Shown here piece by piece: positions 1 through 8,234 of a stretch of DNA of 64,000 nt. The stretch lies in NCBI GenBank assembly GCA_051252135.1, contig JBPOGH010000021.1, positions 1-64,000 on the forward strand. Direction: 5' to 3'. The translations under genes were made by a program, and so were the position numbers. The notes beneath the pieces are model-generated. The model made no database searches and was not told where the DNA came from. It saw only the letters and a list, made by a program, of their open reading frames with translations. The stretch comes from Verrucomicrobiaceae bacterium (GTDB lineage: Bacteria > Verrucomicrobiota > Verrucomicrobiia > Verrucomicrobiales > Akkermansiaceae). Each line of letters starts with the position of its first letter. Position 1 is the stretch's first letter.

Positions 1-74
1 AGGAACCGCCGTGCTACGGACCCGTATGGCCGGTGGTGTGGGGGGCGGTAGCTAGAAACTACCGCCTACCCGAT
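1..74 (+). mobile_element. 3' end (domains V-VI) of a group IIC intron inserted in an attC site
   Basis: GAACCGCCGTG..ACGGACCCGTA..CGGTGGTGT is a domain V with the CGC triad typical of class C; the GCGGTAG/CTACCGC hairpin ending ...CCTACCCGAT is domain VI. It is followed by TAGCC, the remainder of the expected R'' box GT|TAGCC complementary to GGCTAAC at 541. Confidence 0.9.
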
Positions 75-534
75 TAGCCCTTTGCTGGCCATGGAAGTAG
101 CTTGGCGATGCGAGTTCTGATCTAAACTGCTTCTGATCAAAGAATGGCCAAACGGCAAGGTCTCCTTTATCCATGAGCGCATCATACTTACCAATAGATT
201 CGGAAAACCACTTTCCACCTGAAAGTCCGCAAAGTAATCGGCGAACACCAAGAAATGAAGGTGCTGCTGGCCAGAGATAATCAGCCGATGAGCGTAAGAA
301 CATGATCCACCGAGCAACTTGCCGCTTCGACTCCCGATCTAGCTTGTGGCGTCCCTCCAGACGATACTCCTTCGTGTCCGAATACAGATACCATCCTCCC
401 TCAAAAAATACTCTGTTGCTTCCGTCATCAAAATCATCAGCAAGCCCGTCTTCGTATTCGTCATTGGAAAGACGACCAGCAACAAGACACCGCAAAAGCA
501 ATGCGTGTTTTCGTCGTGTCTCTAGGTTTTGCAT
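52..534 (-). CDS. Integron cassette hypothetical protein; last residues (RVGGSF) are read from the intron
   Basis: ATG at 534 just downstream of the core site at 541-547; ORF MQNLETRRKH... Confidence 0.7.
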   Translation of the reverse strand: MQNLETRRKHALLLRCLVAGRLSNDEYEDGLADDFDDGSNRVFFEGGWYLYSDTKEYRLEGRHKLDRESKRQVARWIMFLRSSADYLWPAAPSFLGVRRLLCGLSGGKWFSESIGKYDALMDKGDLAVWPFFDQKQFRSELASPSYFHGQQRANRVGGSF

Positions 535-540
535 CTTTTG

Positions 541-672
541 GGCTAACGTCAAAATCCACCGACCGCTGACAGAATACCTGACAACTCGGAGGCGGCGGGA
601 CTTCTTCATACTACACACCACTCCGCCAAACTCAAGGAGCGGTCAGCGGTTCGGTGTGATGTCTTGTTCGCC
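541..672 (-). repeat. attC site
   Basis: GGCTAAC...GTTCGCC ends with imperfect inverted arms (CACCGACCGCTGA/TCAGCGGTTCGGTG). Confidence 0.85.
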
Positions 673-1092
673 CGCCTGTTCTCCCTGACTAGGTGATCTG
701 ACAAAGCGCCCAAACTCCAGGCCCTCGAACTCCTCAACAGTCAACACATTCTGAATCTCGGCTTCTATAGCGGAAAGCGTCTCCCTATCGGTGACATTGT
801 CACACCAGAGCATCCCTAAACCTTGAATGAACTCTAAGGGTTGTGACTCGTTCACGGAAGGGTAGATAAGCCTAAAAGTATAGCGCTCATCCTGAAAGTG
901 TTCTTCAAGACGCTTCACTATGGCATCTCCCTTATTCTGAATCTCACGCAAATCTTCCAATTCTTCATGACTGATGTTCCCAGAACTTCTTTCGATTTTG
1001 CGCTCGCACGATGCGGCTAACGACAGTGCCAGTATCGAAGGCAACAAAGCGATAGACTTAACTTTACTCCGTAAGCTTGATCTTTGCTTCAT
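643..1092 (-). CDS. Cassette lipoprotein, hypothetical
   Basis: Basic N-terminus, hydrophobic stretch and LAASC lipobox-like motif; ATG next to the core site; stop lies inside attC. Confidence 0.7.
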   Translation of the reverse strand: MKQRSSLRSKVKSIALLPSILALSLAASCERKIERSSGNISHEELEDLREIQNKGDAIVKRLEEHFQDERYTFRLIYPSVNESQPLEFIQGLGMLWCDNVTDRETLSAIEAEIQNVLTVEEFEGLEFGRFVRSPSQGEQAGEQDITPNR

Positions 1093-1098
1093 TTTCGT

Positions 1099-1217
1099 GG
1101 CGAACGTCAAAGGATAGGCAATCGCCCGGGTGGCTGTCGAGGAACAAAGAGCCCGAGCGCAGCGAGCGAACTAGACACCAGCGCTGCGATGCGATTGCCT
1201 ACTCCGACTTGTTCGGC
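1099..1217 (-). repeat. attC site
   Basis: GGCGAAC...GTTCGGC; arms GGATAGGCAATCGC/GCGATTGCCTACTCC. Confidence 0.85.
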
Positions 1218-1585
1218 TTGGCGGTTTCTTTCGCTCGATCTGACCAAGATATCAAGAAGGCCAAACAGAGCGTAGACGAGATAATCAAGACACTTCCTAT
1301 CACATAGCGACTCCAATCCAAATAGGCCGGATCATGCTTCCCTGTCGACTGCCACGTCTTGCCGCTCCTATCGATCTTATCTCTACTTGAACCATCGGAG
1401 AGCATCGGGCGCTCAACGTAGTGAAACATCCTCGAATAAATTGGAGCAGAGTCTTCTCGGGTAATCTGACCCCATCGGTTATCGATAGATATTCGCGGTG
1501 GGTTCAAAGAGAAAATAATCAACCAAATCGTTCCTAACAGAACAATGATCCGGCACAAAAGTTGTCTTGGACTAGGCATGAGCAT
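1199..1585 (-). CDS. Cassette membrane protein, hypothetical (2 TM)
   Basis: Two hydrophobic segments; ATG at 1585 next to the core site at 1591. Confidence 0.65.
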   Translation of the reverse strand: MLMPSPRQLLCRIIVLLGTIWLIIFSLNPPRISIDNRWGQITREDSAPIYSRMFHYVERPMLSDGSSRDKIDRSGKTWQSTGKHDPAYLDWSRYVIGSVLIISSTLCLAFLISWSDRAKETAKPNKSE

Positions 1586-1590
1586 TTTTT

Positions 1591-1717
1591 GCCGAACGTC
1601 ATAGCACACCAACCGCCTGACGGCAGCCGCGTGTTGACTGTGGGTTGAAGGTTGAAGCGATCATGAGAAATTCGACTCGGAGCGGGTCAGGCGGTTGGGT
1701 GCTGCGACTTGTTCTGC
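1591..1717 (-). repeat. attC site
   Basis: GCCGAAC...GTTCTGC; arms CCAACCGCCTGAC/GTCAGGCGGTTGG. Confidence 0.85.
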
Positions 1718-2064
1718 TTGGTTTTGTTTTCGGAATCGGGTGCCGATCCCTCGTCATGATTAGCCACAAACTGAGCATACTCTCGATTGGATCTACGAGC
1801 CTGAATAACCTGCCAAATAAAGAGTAGCGAAGAAATTGAAATCATCGCGATAAGTGCGATTGGCAGATCGAAAAAATACTTCAACGCAGCACCAGCTCCC
1901 CACCAGAGACCAACCATCACGATGAGCTCAGGCATAAACGCGATACCCGCATTGGGTTCGCGGCCATTCTCAATGTGTATCCGATTAGCGCTATTCACCG
2001 CAGCTGGGATTCCCGCAAACAGGACAGCGACTGCGCAAATCAAGGCTGCCACGAAGAGAAGCAT
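1687..2064 (-). CDS. Cassette membrane protein, hypothetical (about 3 TM)
   Basis: 125-aa ORF with three hydrophobic segments between attC sites. Confidence 0.7.
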   Translation of the reverse strand: MLLFVAALICAVAVLFAGIPAAVNSANRIHIENGREPNAGIAFMPELIVMVGLWWGAGAALKYFFDLPIALIAMISISSLLFIWQVIQARRSNREYAQFVANHDEGSAPDSENKTKQNKSQHPTA

Positions 2065-2070
2065 TTTTCA

Positions 2071-2197
2071 GCAGAACGTCAAAGCGATGCCAGCCGCTGC
2101 TGGGAGCGCGCCTTCGATTGCTGGTTAATTGTTGGAACTGGCTTCAAAATTTCTGCTTCACAGCGGCAGCGGCTTGGTCATCCGCGCCTTGTTCTGC
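2071..2197 (-). repeat. attC site
   Basis: GCAGAAC...GTTCTGC; arms CCAGCCGCTGC/GCAGCGGCTTGG. Confidence 0.85.
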
Positions 2198-2599
2198 TGC
2201 TTGCTTTTTATAACGGTAGATGTCCAAAAAGTCACTCGCAATACTGATCTCCTCCTTCGTCATGATGCGAGCCATATCATCAACGACGAAGCGCAGTCCA
2301 CCGAGGCTCTCCCTCACAAATTGCTCCAACACATCACATGCTTCATCTGATCTCGATCGTCGGATCTCAAAGTCGAACGAATGGGTTGGATCGCCACCAA
2401 GCTTTGCTCTCACTATCTCTTTTTCGCTCGGCTCGTATTCCGAATCGAAGTCCAAGTACGGAGTGACATTCCCTAGCCAACAATCCTTCGAGGGAAACTG
2501 CCACGCGTCATCGCCAAGTCGGTAAAACCGGGATCCGATCCGTTCCTCGATTTGAGGCGCACCTTCGGTAAGAAAGTGGATGATGATGCTCTCGGCCAT
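2144..2599 (-). CDS. Cassette hypothetical protein (identical to 5849-6304)
   Basis: 151-aa ORF with the same translation as the attI-proximal cassette. Confidence 0.75.
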   Translation of the reverse strand: MAESIIIHFLTEGAPQIEERIGSRFYRLGDDAWQFPSKDCWLGNVTPYLDFDSEYEPSEKEIVRAKLGGDPTHSFDFEIRRSRSDEACDVLEQFVRESLGGLRFVVDDMARIMTKEEISIASDFLDIYRYKKQAAEQGADDQAAAAVKQKF

Positions 2600-2605
2600 T
2601 TCTTA

Positions 2606-2732
2606 GCAGAACGTTAAAGAGATGCCAGCCACTGTTGAGGGCGCACTCCCGACTTCAGGTTTACGGTTGAGATTGTCTTCACGGTTTCGACTCCGGCGCG
2701 GCAGTGGCTTGGTCATCCTCGTCTTGTTGTGC
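2606..2732 (-). repeat. attC site
   Basis: GCAGAAC...GTTGTGC; arms GATGCCAGCCACTG/CAGTGGCTTGGTCATC. Confidence 0.85.
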
Positions 2733-3173
2733 CTTTGGCGGCAGGAAGGCACTCATGCCGTGGAGCTTATCTTCGCGAAACTCAGAATGGTGTAGGTGGG
2801 AACCGAAATCAATCTTGATCCACTTCCGAAACGCCCCAAGAAAATCTACCTCGCCCTCGGTGACGGAGAGCCCTGATTGGCCTGCGTAATCTCTGGCTGA
2901 ATCTCGAGAATCGAATATCGGAACGCCAAGTGAATCAGGGACACACGGAGAGAATCCTTCATCGGCTGCAATGTAGAAGAACAAAGTGTCCAACGTTTGA
3001 TCCTCGTTGAATCGCATCTGGATGCCCTCAGCCTTCGATGCCACCCAGTATTCGTCCGGCTGATTCTCGTGGAGGCGATCGAAGGAGTATATCACGTCGA
3101 GGTCGTCGCACTCGAGAACGTCGATCACATCGTTGCTCTTCAGCTGTTGTCCGAGGAGGTCGATGTATTTCAT
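2679..3173 (-). CDS. Cassette hypothetical protein (acidic)
   Basis: Start placed at MKYIDLLG because the ORF-track extension upstream lies inside the attC at 3180-3313. Confidence 0.7.
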   Translation of the reverse strand: MKYIDLLGQQLKSNDVIDVLECDDLDVIYSFDRLHENQPDEYWVASKAEGIQMRFNEDQTLDTLFFYIAADEGFSPCVPDSLGVPIFDSRDSARDYAGQSGLSVTEGEVDFLGAFRKWIKIDFGSHLHHSEFREDKLHGMSAFLPPKAQQDEDDQATAAPESKP

Positions 3174-3179
3174 TTCTTG

Positions 3180-3313
3180 GCACAACGTTTGAGGATAGGC
3201 ATCAGATACGTTGACGCCTGAGGACTTCAGAGCATCAAAAAACTGACACCGAAGCAAGAATACCTTCAAAAACTCTCGGCGCGTATCTGATTGCCTACTC
3301 CGACTTGTTCGCC
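3180..3313 (-). repeat. attC site
   Basis: GCACAAC...GTTCGCC; arms GGATAGGCATCAGATACG/CGTATCTGATTGCCTACTCC. Confidence 0.85.
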
Positions 3314-3777
3314 TTGGATTTTTTATCCAGCTTCGACTTTACGAACTGTTCCAGTGATGCTCCCGTGATCTCCTTAGGATTACTTCTTAGAAATTCGTCC
3401 AGCAACTTCGGAGTGAATCTCAACTGAATCTCAAGAACCTGGTTCTCGGAAACCAGAAGAGTCTTTCCTGAATTCACAAGATTGATATCGCGCCAATCTG
3501 GCAAATCTAAAATCGCTTTTCTTGCCACCACTCTACTCTTCTTAGTTGTAGGATCAAAAACAGAACTAGAGGTGAAACTCACAATATTCGAATAAGGAAG
3601 CTTCTTCGGGCCGTCGAAGACTAAATAACTAACCTTATCGTCTAATATTCCATACTGAATCTGCCATATCTGTTCACCTACTCTGATGGCCCTAACCGAG
3701 TCCGAATCCTGATTTTCAGAAGCGGCCGTAAACAACATTGAAAACAATGTAATGATGAAGATAGAAAAACGCATCAT
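3295..3777 (-). CDS. Cassette secreted hypothetical protein
   Basis: N-terminal signal peptide (MMRFSIFIITLFSMLFTAA). Confidence 0.7.
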   Translation of the reverse strand: MMRFSIFIITLFSMLFTAASENQDSDSVRAIRVGEQIWQIQYGILDDKVSYLVFDGPKKLPYSNIVSFTSSSVFDPTTKKSRVVARKAILDLPDWRDINLVNSGKTLLVSENQVLEIQLRFTPKLLDEFLRSNPKEITGASLEQFVKSKLDKKSKANKSE

Positions 3778-3782
3778 ATTTT

Positions 3783-3884
3783 GGCGAACGTTAGAGTGGA
3801 TGCGCGACTGAGCGAAGGTTAAAACTGTGAATTCAAAAACAAAATCCTAGAGCGAAAATCGTCGTATCTCACGACTTGTTCGAC
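3783..3884 (-). repeat. attC site (shorter, weaker arms)
   Basis: GGCGAAC...GTTCGAC; R'' GTTCGAC is complementary to core GTCGAAC at 4603. Confidence 0.7.
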
Positions 3885-3920
3885 CTTCATAGTTCTGCGA
3901 GAATCAGGAAGCTCAGAAGT

Positions 3921-4598
3921 TCACCTTCTCCGCCGAAAGGAACCCAACAAAATAATCGAAACCAACATCAAGCATGAAGAAGAAAGCTCAGGAACAGCAG
4001 CTATCTTTACGCTCTGTCCGGGAACGCTCTCAAGGTAGAGTGTCCTCGCAAACAGGGACGGAACTTGCCCCAGATTCGAACCGTCCAAATCGACTACACC
4101 GCTCTGAAGATCCACGTCAAGCCAGCCGTATCGGTACATACCACTCTCGTTAATAATTCGGAATCCGATGAGATAGCGCTCAAGGTCGAGTAACTCGTTA
4201 CGATAAGGGTCAGCATCAGGAAAACGTTGACTCATTGTAACAGAGATACTTAGACGACCATTCTCAGGATTCCCCCAACTACCCTCATCGGGATTCTCTG
4301 TAAGCGTAAACCCGTTACTAAGTGGAATCCCAAAATCTCTGTCATCCACAGACAAGAGAAACTCTACGCTATCGCTGCCAAGTATCGCCAACCGTCCAGT
4401 ACAAGAACTTGTAGGAACATCGGCGGTACAAATAAATCCTGAGCCTCCAACCAGAAGGTCGTCGATAGAGTCTTCATTAAGATCAAAGCCAGTCGAGTTT
4501 CGCACAAAGGCACCCACGGAAATTGGCTGAGATACGACTACAGCAAGACATTGACACAGAGAGCCAACAAGGAATGCGAGGATAAGAATCGGCTTCAT
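3921..4598 (-). CDS. Cassette PEP-CTERM-type secreted protein
   Basis: Signal peptide; C-terminal VPELSS + hydrophobic helix + RRRR; YRYGWLDV motif. Confidence 0.75.
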   Translation of the reverse strand: MKPILILAFLVGSLCQCLAVVVSQPISVGAFVRNSTGFDLNEDSIDDLLVGGSGFICTADVPTSSCTGRLAILGSDSVEFLLSVDDRDFGIPLSNGFTLTENPDEGSWGNPENGRLSISVTMSQRFPDADPYRNELLDLERYLIGFRIINESGMYRYGWLDVDLQSGVVDLDGSNLGQVPSLFARTLYLESVPGQSVKIAAVPELSSSCLMLVSIILLGSFRRRR

Positions 4599-4602
4599 TT
4601 CT

Positions 4603-4727
4603 GTCGAACGTCGAAGGCCTGGCATCCGCTACCGGGAGCGCCAGTTCGACGAAGGGGTTGAGGTTCTGAAAGTCATGAAACGAACCTACTGCGCGGGTAG
4701 CGGATTGCCAGCGCTGACTTGTTCTAC
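4603..4727 (-). repeat. attC site
   Basis: GTCGAAC...GTTCTAC; arms CTGGCATCCGCTACC/GGTAGCGGATTGCCAG. Confidence 0.85.
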
Positions 4728-5207
4728 TGGTTTGTCCAGCATGAGGCTCGACTGCGAATGCGATGCTAAATCAGCCGAATCCGAAAAACCGTATCGCCGA
4801 TAGAATCGCAATGCTCTGAGGTTGCCGACTTCAACCTCGGCTTTAACGCGATGAAATCCGCTTGCTGCGGCCCAAGCGAATAGCTCATCAAGCAGAGCTG
4901 TGGCGACCGAACCGCCACGAAGTTCAGGGGCAATCCACATCTGAATAAGTTCACCGACCTCACTATCTTGGTCATCTCGATAGAGGGCCGACAGTCCAAC
5001 TGGCTTAGCATCTTCGACTACAACAAACGTCGCACGATCCCCCCCCTGAGCAGACGAATCTGCCTGCTCTTCCCAACTCGCGTCGGTGCGAAGAATTGCA
5101 TCCTCATACCGTGATCCAAAGGCTTCTGGTGAGTCTCGAAGTGAAGCCAACCGGACATTCTTATAAAGTTCGGCCTCACCAACTTGAAGACGTCGGATAC
5201 GATACAT
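4686..5207 (-). CDS. Cassette GNAT family N-acetyltransferase
   Basis: IRRL..E...Y..VRL.SL.DSPEAFGS start; MWIAPELRG (motif A); N..ALRFYRRYGF (motif B). Confidence 0.85.
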   Translation of the reverse strand: MYRIRRLQVGEAELYKNVRLASLRDSPEAFGSRYEDAILRTDASWEEQADSSAQGGDRATFVVVEDAKPVGLSALYRDDQDSEVGELIQMWIAPELRGGSVATALLDELFAWAAASGFHRVKAEVEVGNLRALRFYRRYGFSDSADLASHSQSSLMLDKPVEQVSAGNPLPAQ

Positions 5208-5212
5208 TTTTT

Positions 5213-5340
5213 GTAGAACGTTGAAGTCCACCCATCCCTAGACGGAGGGCGGGCGTGGATAACAGAGTGAACGCCTAGAGCTATGAAGTCACGCCGAAAC
5301 AACAGCGCGTCTAGGGATTGGGTGCGACGACTTGTTCTCC
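5213..5340 (-). repeat. attC site
   Basis: GTAGAAC...GTTCTCC; arms CACCCATCCCTAGACG/CGTCTAGGGATTGGGTG. Confidence 0.85.
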
Positions 5341-5341
5341 G

Positions 5342-5770
5342 TCAATTTCGGTTCACCTGCCAGACTTCGTATGCAGTCTTGCACTTTGCGCAAACTTTCA
5401 GCTGCTGTATCTCAGTATCGGACCAGAAAGGCTCTGGATGCCAACTGATAAAATAGGGAAAATATTTCGATGCCGCTCTAGATTCTTCAGCATCGGCAAC
5501 AGAGGGAGAATAAACGGTCCCGAGCGCTGGAACTTCCACAGTGGTAAGCGGATAGTCGTGAACTTCGCAGATGAGTTTCTCCTCCCCTGGTGGGAAAACT
5601 CGGATATTCCCAGACGGCGAGTCTCTAATAGATTTTGCCGCGGCGACCATCTTTGAGTCCATCAGCGGAGGTGTTGAAGCCTCGACTTGGGGAGGAGCGT
5701 AAGGTCTGGTTGAGCAGGAAGTTAGTGTGACGACCCCGACCAAGACTAGTTTTGTGGATAGTCTCTGCAT
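5342..5770 (-). CDS. Cassette lipoprotein, hypothetical (CEVH...CxxC)
   Basis: LTSC lipobox; Cys/His motifs. Confidence 0.7.
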   Translation of the reverse strand: MQRLSTKLVLVGVVTLTSCSTRPYAPPQVEASTPPLMDSKMVAAAKSIRDSPSGNIRVFPPGEEKLICEVHDYPLTTVEVPALGTVYSPSVADAEESRAASKYFPYFISWHPEPFWSDTEIQQLKVCAKCKTAYEVWQVNRN

Positions 5771-5775
5771 TTCTT

Positions 5776-5902
5776 GGAGAACGTCAAAGCGATGCCAGCC
5801 GCTGCTGGGAGCGCGCCTTCGATTGCTGGTTAATTGTTGGAACTGGCTTCAAAATTTCTGCTTCACAGCGGCAGCGGCTTGGTCATCCGCGCCTTGTTCT
5901 GC
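5776..5902 (-). repeat. attC site (duplicate of 2071-2197)
   Basis: GGAGAAC...GTTCTGC; identical to the attC at 2071-2197 beyond the crossover point. Confidence 0.85.
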
Positions 5903-6304
5903 TGCTTGCTTTTTATAACGGTAGATGTCCAAAAAGTCACTCGCAATACTGATCTCCTCCTTCGTCATGATGCGAGCCATATCATCAACGACGAAGCGCA
6001 GTCCACCGAGGCTCTCCCTCACAAATTGCTCCAACACATCACATGCTTCATCTGATCTCGATCGTCGGATCTCAAAGTCGAACGAATGGGTTGGATCGCC
6101 ACCAAGCTTTGCTCTCACTATCTCTTTTTCGCTCGGCTCGTATTCCGAATCGAAGTCCAAGTACGGAGTGACATTCCCTAGCCAACAATCCTTCGAGGGA
6201 AACTGCCACGCGTCATCGCCAAGTCGGTAAAACCGGGATCCGATCCGTTCCTCGATTTGAGGCGCACCTTCGGTAAGAAAGTGGATGATGATGCTCTCGG
6301 CCAT
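5849..6304 (-). CDS. First (attI-proximal) cassette protein, duplicate of 2144-2599
   Basis: Identical 151-aa translation at an offset of 3705 bp. Confidence 0.75.
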   Translation of the reverse strand: MAESIIIHFLTEGAPQIEERIGSRFYRLGDDAWQFPSKDCWLGNVTPYLDFDSEYEPSEKEIVRAKLGGDPTHSFDFEIRRSRSDEACDVLEQFVRESLGGLRFVVDDMARIMTKEEISIASDFLDIYRYKKQAAEQGADDQAAAAVKQKF

Positions 6305-6310
6305 TTCTTA

Positions 6311-6345
6311 GCAGAACAGTATTTATTCGTAGGACGAATTTCCCA
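6311..6345 (-). other. attI site (crossover core GTTCTGC at 6311-6317)
   Basis: Identity with the duplicate cassette ends exactly at GCAGAAC; no attC arm follows; AT-rich region leads to intI. Left extent approximate. Confidence 0.7.
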
Positions 6346-6555
6346 CCCCCGGATAATACCAGATCCTTGAAAACAGGAAAGAAAAAGACTTAACGAGCTC
6401 ATTATAAGATTGTTACTAATAGTCACCTTCTGATCACCCAATAACTCGACAACCTAAATTATCAAGAAGAACCTCTTCCTTGTTAGTACCGGTTAGGATT
6501 CATTAATTTTTTGATGTATTGAATAATCTAAAGAGGCGAAAGGGTCATTTTTTAA

Positions 6556-6598
6556 TGTTCAAAAAAACACCCTCTTGCTTAGGGTGTTCAAATGAGCT
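6556..6598. promoter_or_regulatory. Candidate LexA boxes (Verrucomicrobia type TGTTC-N4-GAACA) at the intI promoter/start
   Basis: TGTTC-AAAA-AAACA at 6556-6569 (1 mismatch) and TGTTC-AAAT-GAGCT at 6585-6598 (2 mismatches) overlapping the ATG. Confidence 0.55.
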
Positions 6599-8090
6599 CG
6601 CTTAACAAACACCAACAAGCAAAGAAGGTCCGTCGGATCTGCTGGAGAAAAGATCTTGAGGCATCACGAGCAGTGGGCCCCTTCAACAAAGGAGGCTTTG
6701 CAATGCTCTTGGAATGGTTTGAAAACTACCGCTTACGGGTGGGTTTGGCCGCAGGTCGGGAAGCTGCAGTTTCTTTTTGGAAACTCGAGGTCTTGGGAAA
6801 AGAAGTGCGGAGAGAAGACTGGCAACTGGAGCAATGGGGAGAGGCGATTCATTGGTATTTGGAATGGCTAAACCATTGTGAGGCTCTTGGGGCGGACCAT
6901 CGAAGCCTCGCGGAGCGGATGAGAACCCATTCCGAAGCGGTAGCCGCACGGCGCGGACTGGCCCGCCGAACAAGACAAACCTATGGCTCTTGGATCGCGC
7001 GCTACGCCATTTTTGCCTAGAGACTGTCTGAAAAAGGCCGAATGAGTGCTGCGAAGGAATTTACCTTCAGGCAAGGCGCGACGAGGGAGCTGGTGAATAC
7101 CAGTGACCAAGAAGAAACGAAGCTTGAAGGTAAAGGCCTCGCAGCCCGTCAGGGTTTCTCTTAATCTCTAATCGGCGCAGCCGCTGCTCTCAACAATCAT
7201 CTAAATAACACTCGTTGGGCCTTTTTCAGACGGCCTCTAAAGAAGACACCATCGCCATGAAGCCCCAGACTGCACGGGATTATCTCATGGAAATGGTGGT
7301 AAAGGAGAAGAAATCTTTTGCGACCCAGAAACAGGCCCTCAATGCTTTGGTTTTCTTCTTTAAGGATGTTTGCGGAATGGAGACAGTGGATCTTGAGGTC
7401 AGGCTACGCAAATCTGAGAAGCGAATTCCCGTCGTGATGACAAGCGCTGAAGTAAAGCAGCTCCTCGGCCTACTGGAGGATCGCTACCAAATCGCCGGCA
7501 AGCTTCAGTATGGCTCGGGCCTACGTCTTAATGAGCTGGTCTCACTGAGAGTGAAGGACCTCGATCTTGAGCGGGGCATCCTCACCGTGCGCAGTGGCAA
7601 AGGGGATAAAGATCGCACGACGATTATCCCGGAGCGCTTGAAAGCTGAGCTGAAACAGCACCTTATTACAAACCGGAAGCTCTTTAAAGAAGACCGGGAA
7701 AGAGGAAGGGCGGGAGTTCAAATCCCGGGGGCTTTGGGACGTAAATTCTCGAAAGCAGGAGAAACGTGGCCCTGGTTTTGGCTCTTTCCGGCAAAAAATG
7801 AATCACTCGATCCTGAGTCAAAGATTCGGCGGAGACATCACCTCCATGGCAAAGTTTATGGTGAAGCAATTAAGAGAGCGGCAGCCGGAGCCTCGATTCC
7901 TAAGCGCGTGACAAGCCATGTGCTAAGGCATTCTTTTGCCACTCATTTATTGGAGAGCGGGACAGATATTCGCACCATCCAAGAACTTCTGGGTCATGAG
8001 GATGTTACAACAACACAGCTTTATACCCATGTGACGAGCAGGATGAACCAACTGGGAGTAGTGAGCCCCATGGATGGGATCGTGAATTAG
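6592..8090 (+). pseudogene. intI: Integron integrase (long N-terminal form), interrupted by a MITE at 7020-7237
   Basis: 5' part ends RTRQTYGSWIARYAIFA (start of the SAM-like domain). 3' part has TQKQALNALVFFF, YGSGLR, GKGDKDR, the integron patch WPWFWLFP..RRHH, HVLRHSFATH, LGH and YTH. Confidence 0.9.
7020..7237. mobile_element. MITE-1 (218 bp) inside intI
   Basis: TIRs GAGACTGTCTGAAAAAGGCC / GGCCTTTTTCAGACGGCCTC, flanked by TA on each side; internal stem TTTACCTTCAGGC...GCTTGAAGGTAAA. Confidence 0.85.
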
Positions 8091-8234
8091 ACTGACTCCC
8101 ACGCCGCACAAGTCGGAAACAGCCGGGGCATCCGCAGCCCCCTCGACCAGGCCCACTAACCCGCACCTTCTTCGAACCAGCCAAAGAAGTGCAAAAATCT
8201 CCCAAGAATTCCTCGATCAACGGGTCATCTCCAT

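Noticed and set aside
541..5902. CRISPR array or tRNA interpretation of the recurring hairpins
   Set aside because: Repeats are divergent ~125-bp palindromes separated by whole genes, with GTT/AAC ends; they are attC sites.
7225..7234. TTCAGACGGC, the reverse complement of the Neisseria DNA uptake sequence
   Set aside because: Single occurrence inside a MITE TIR; coincidental.
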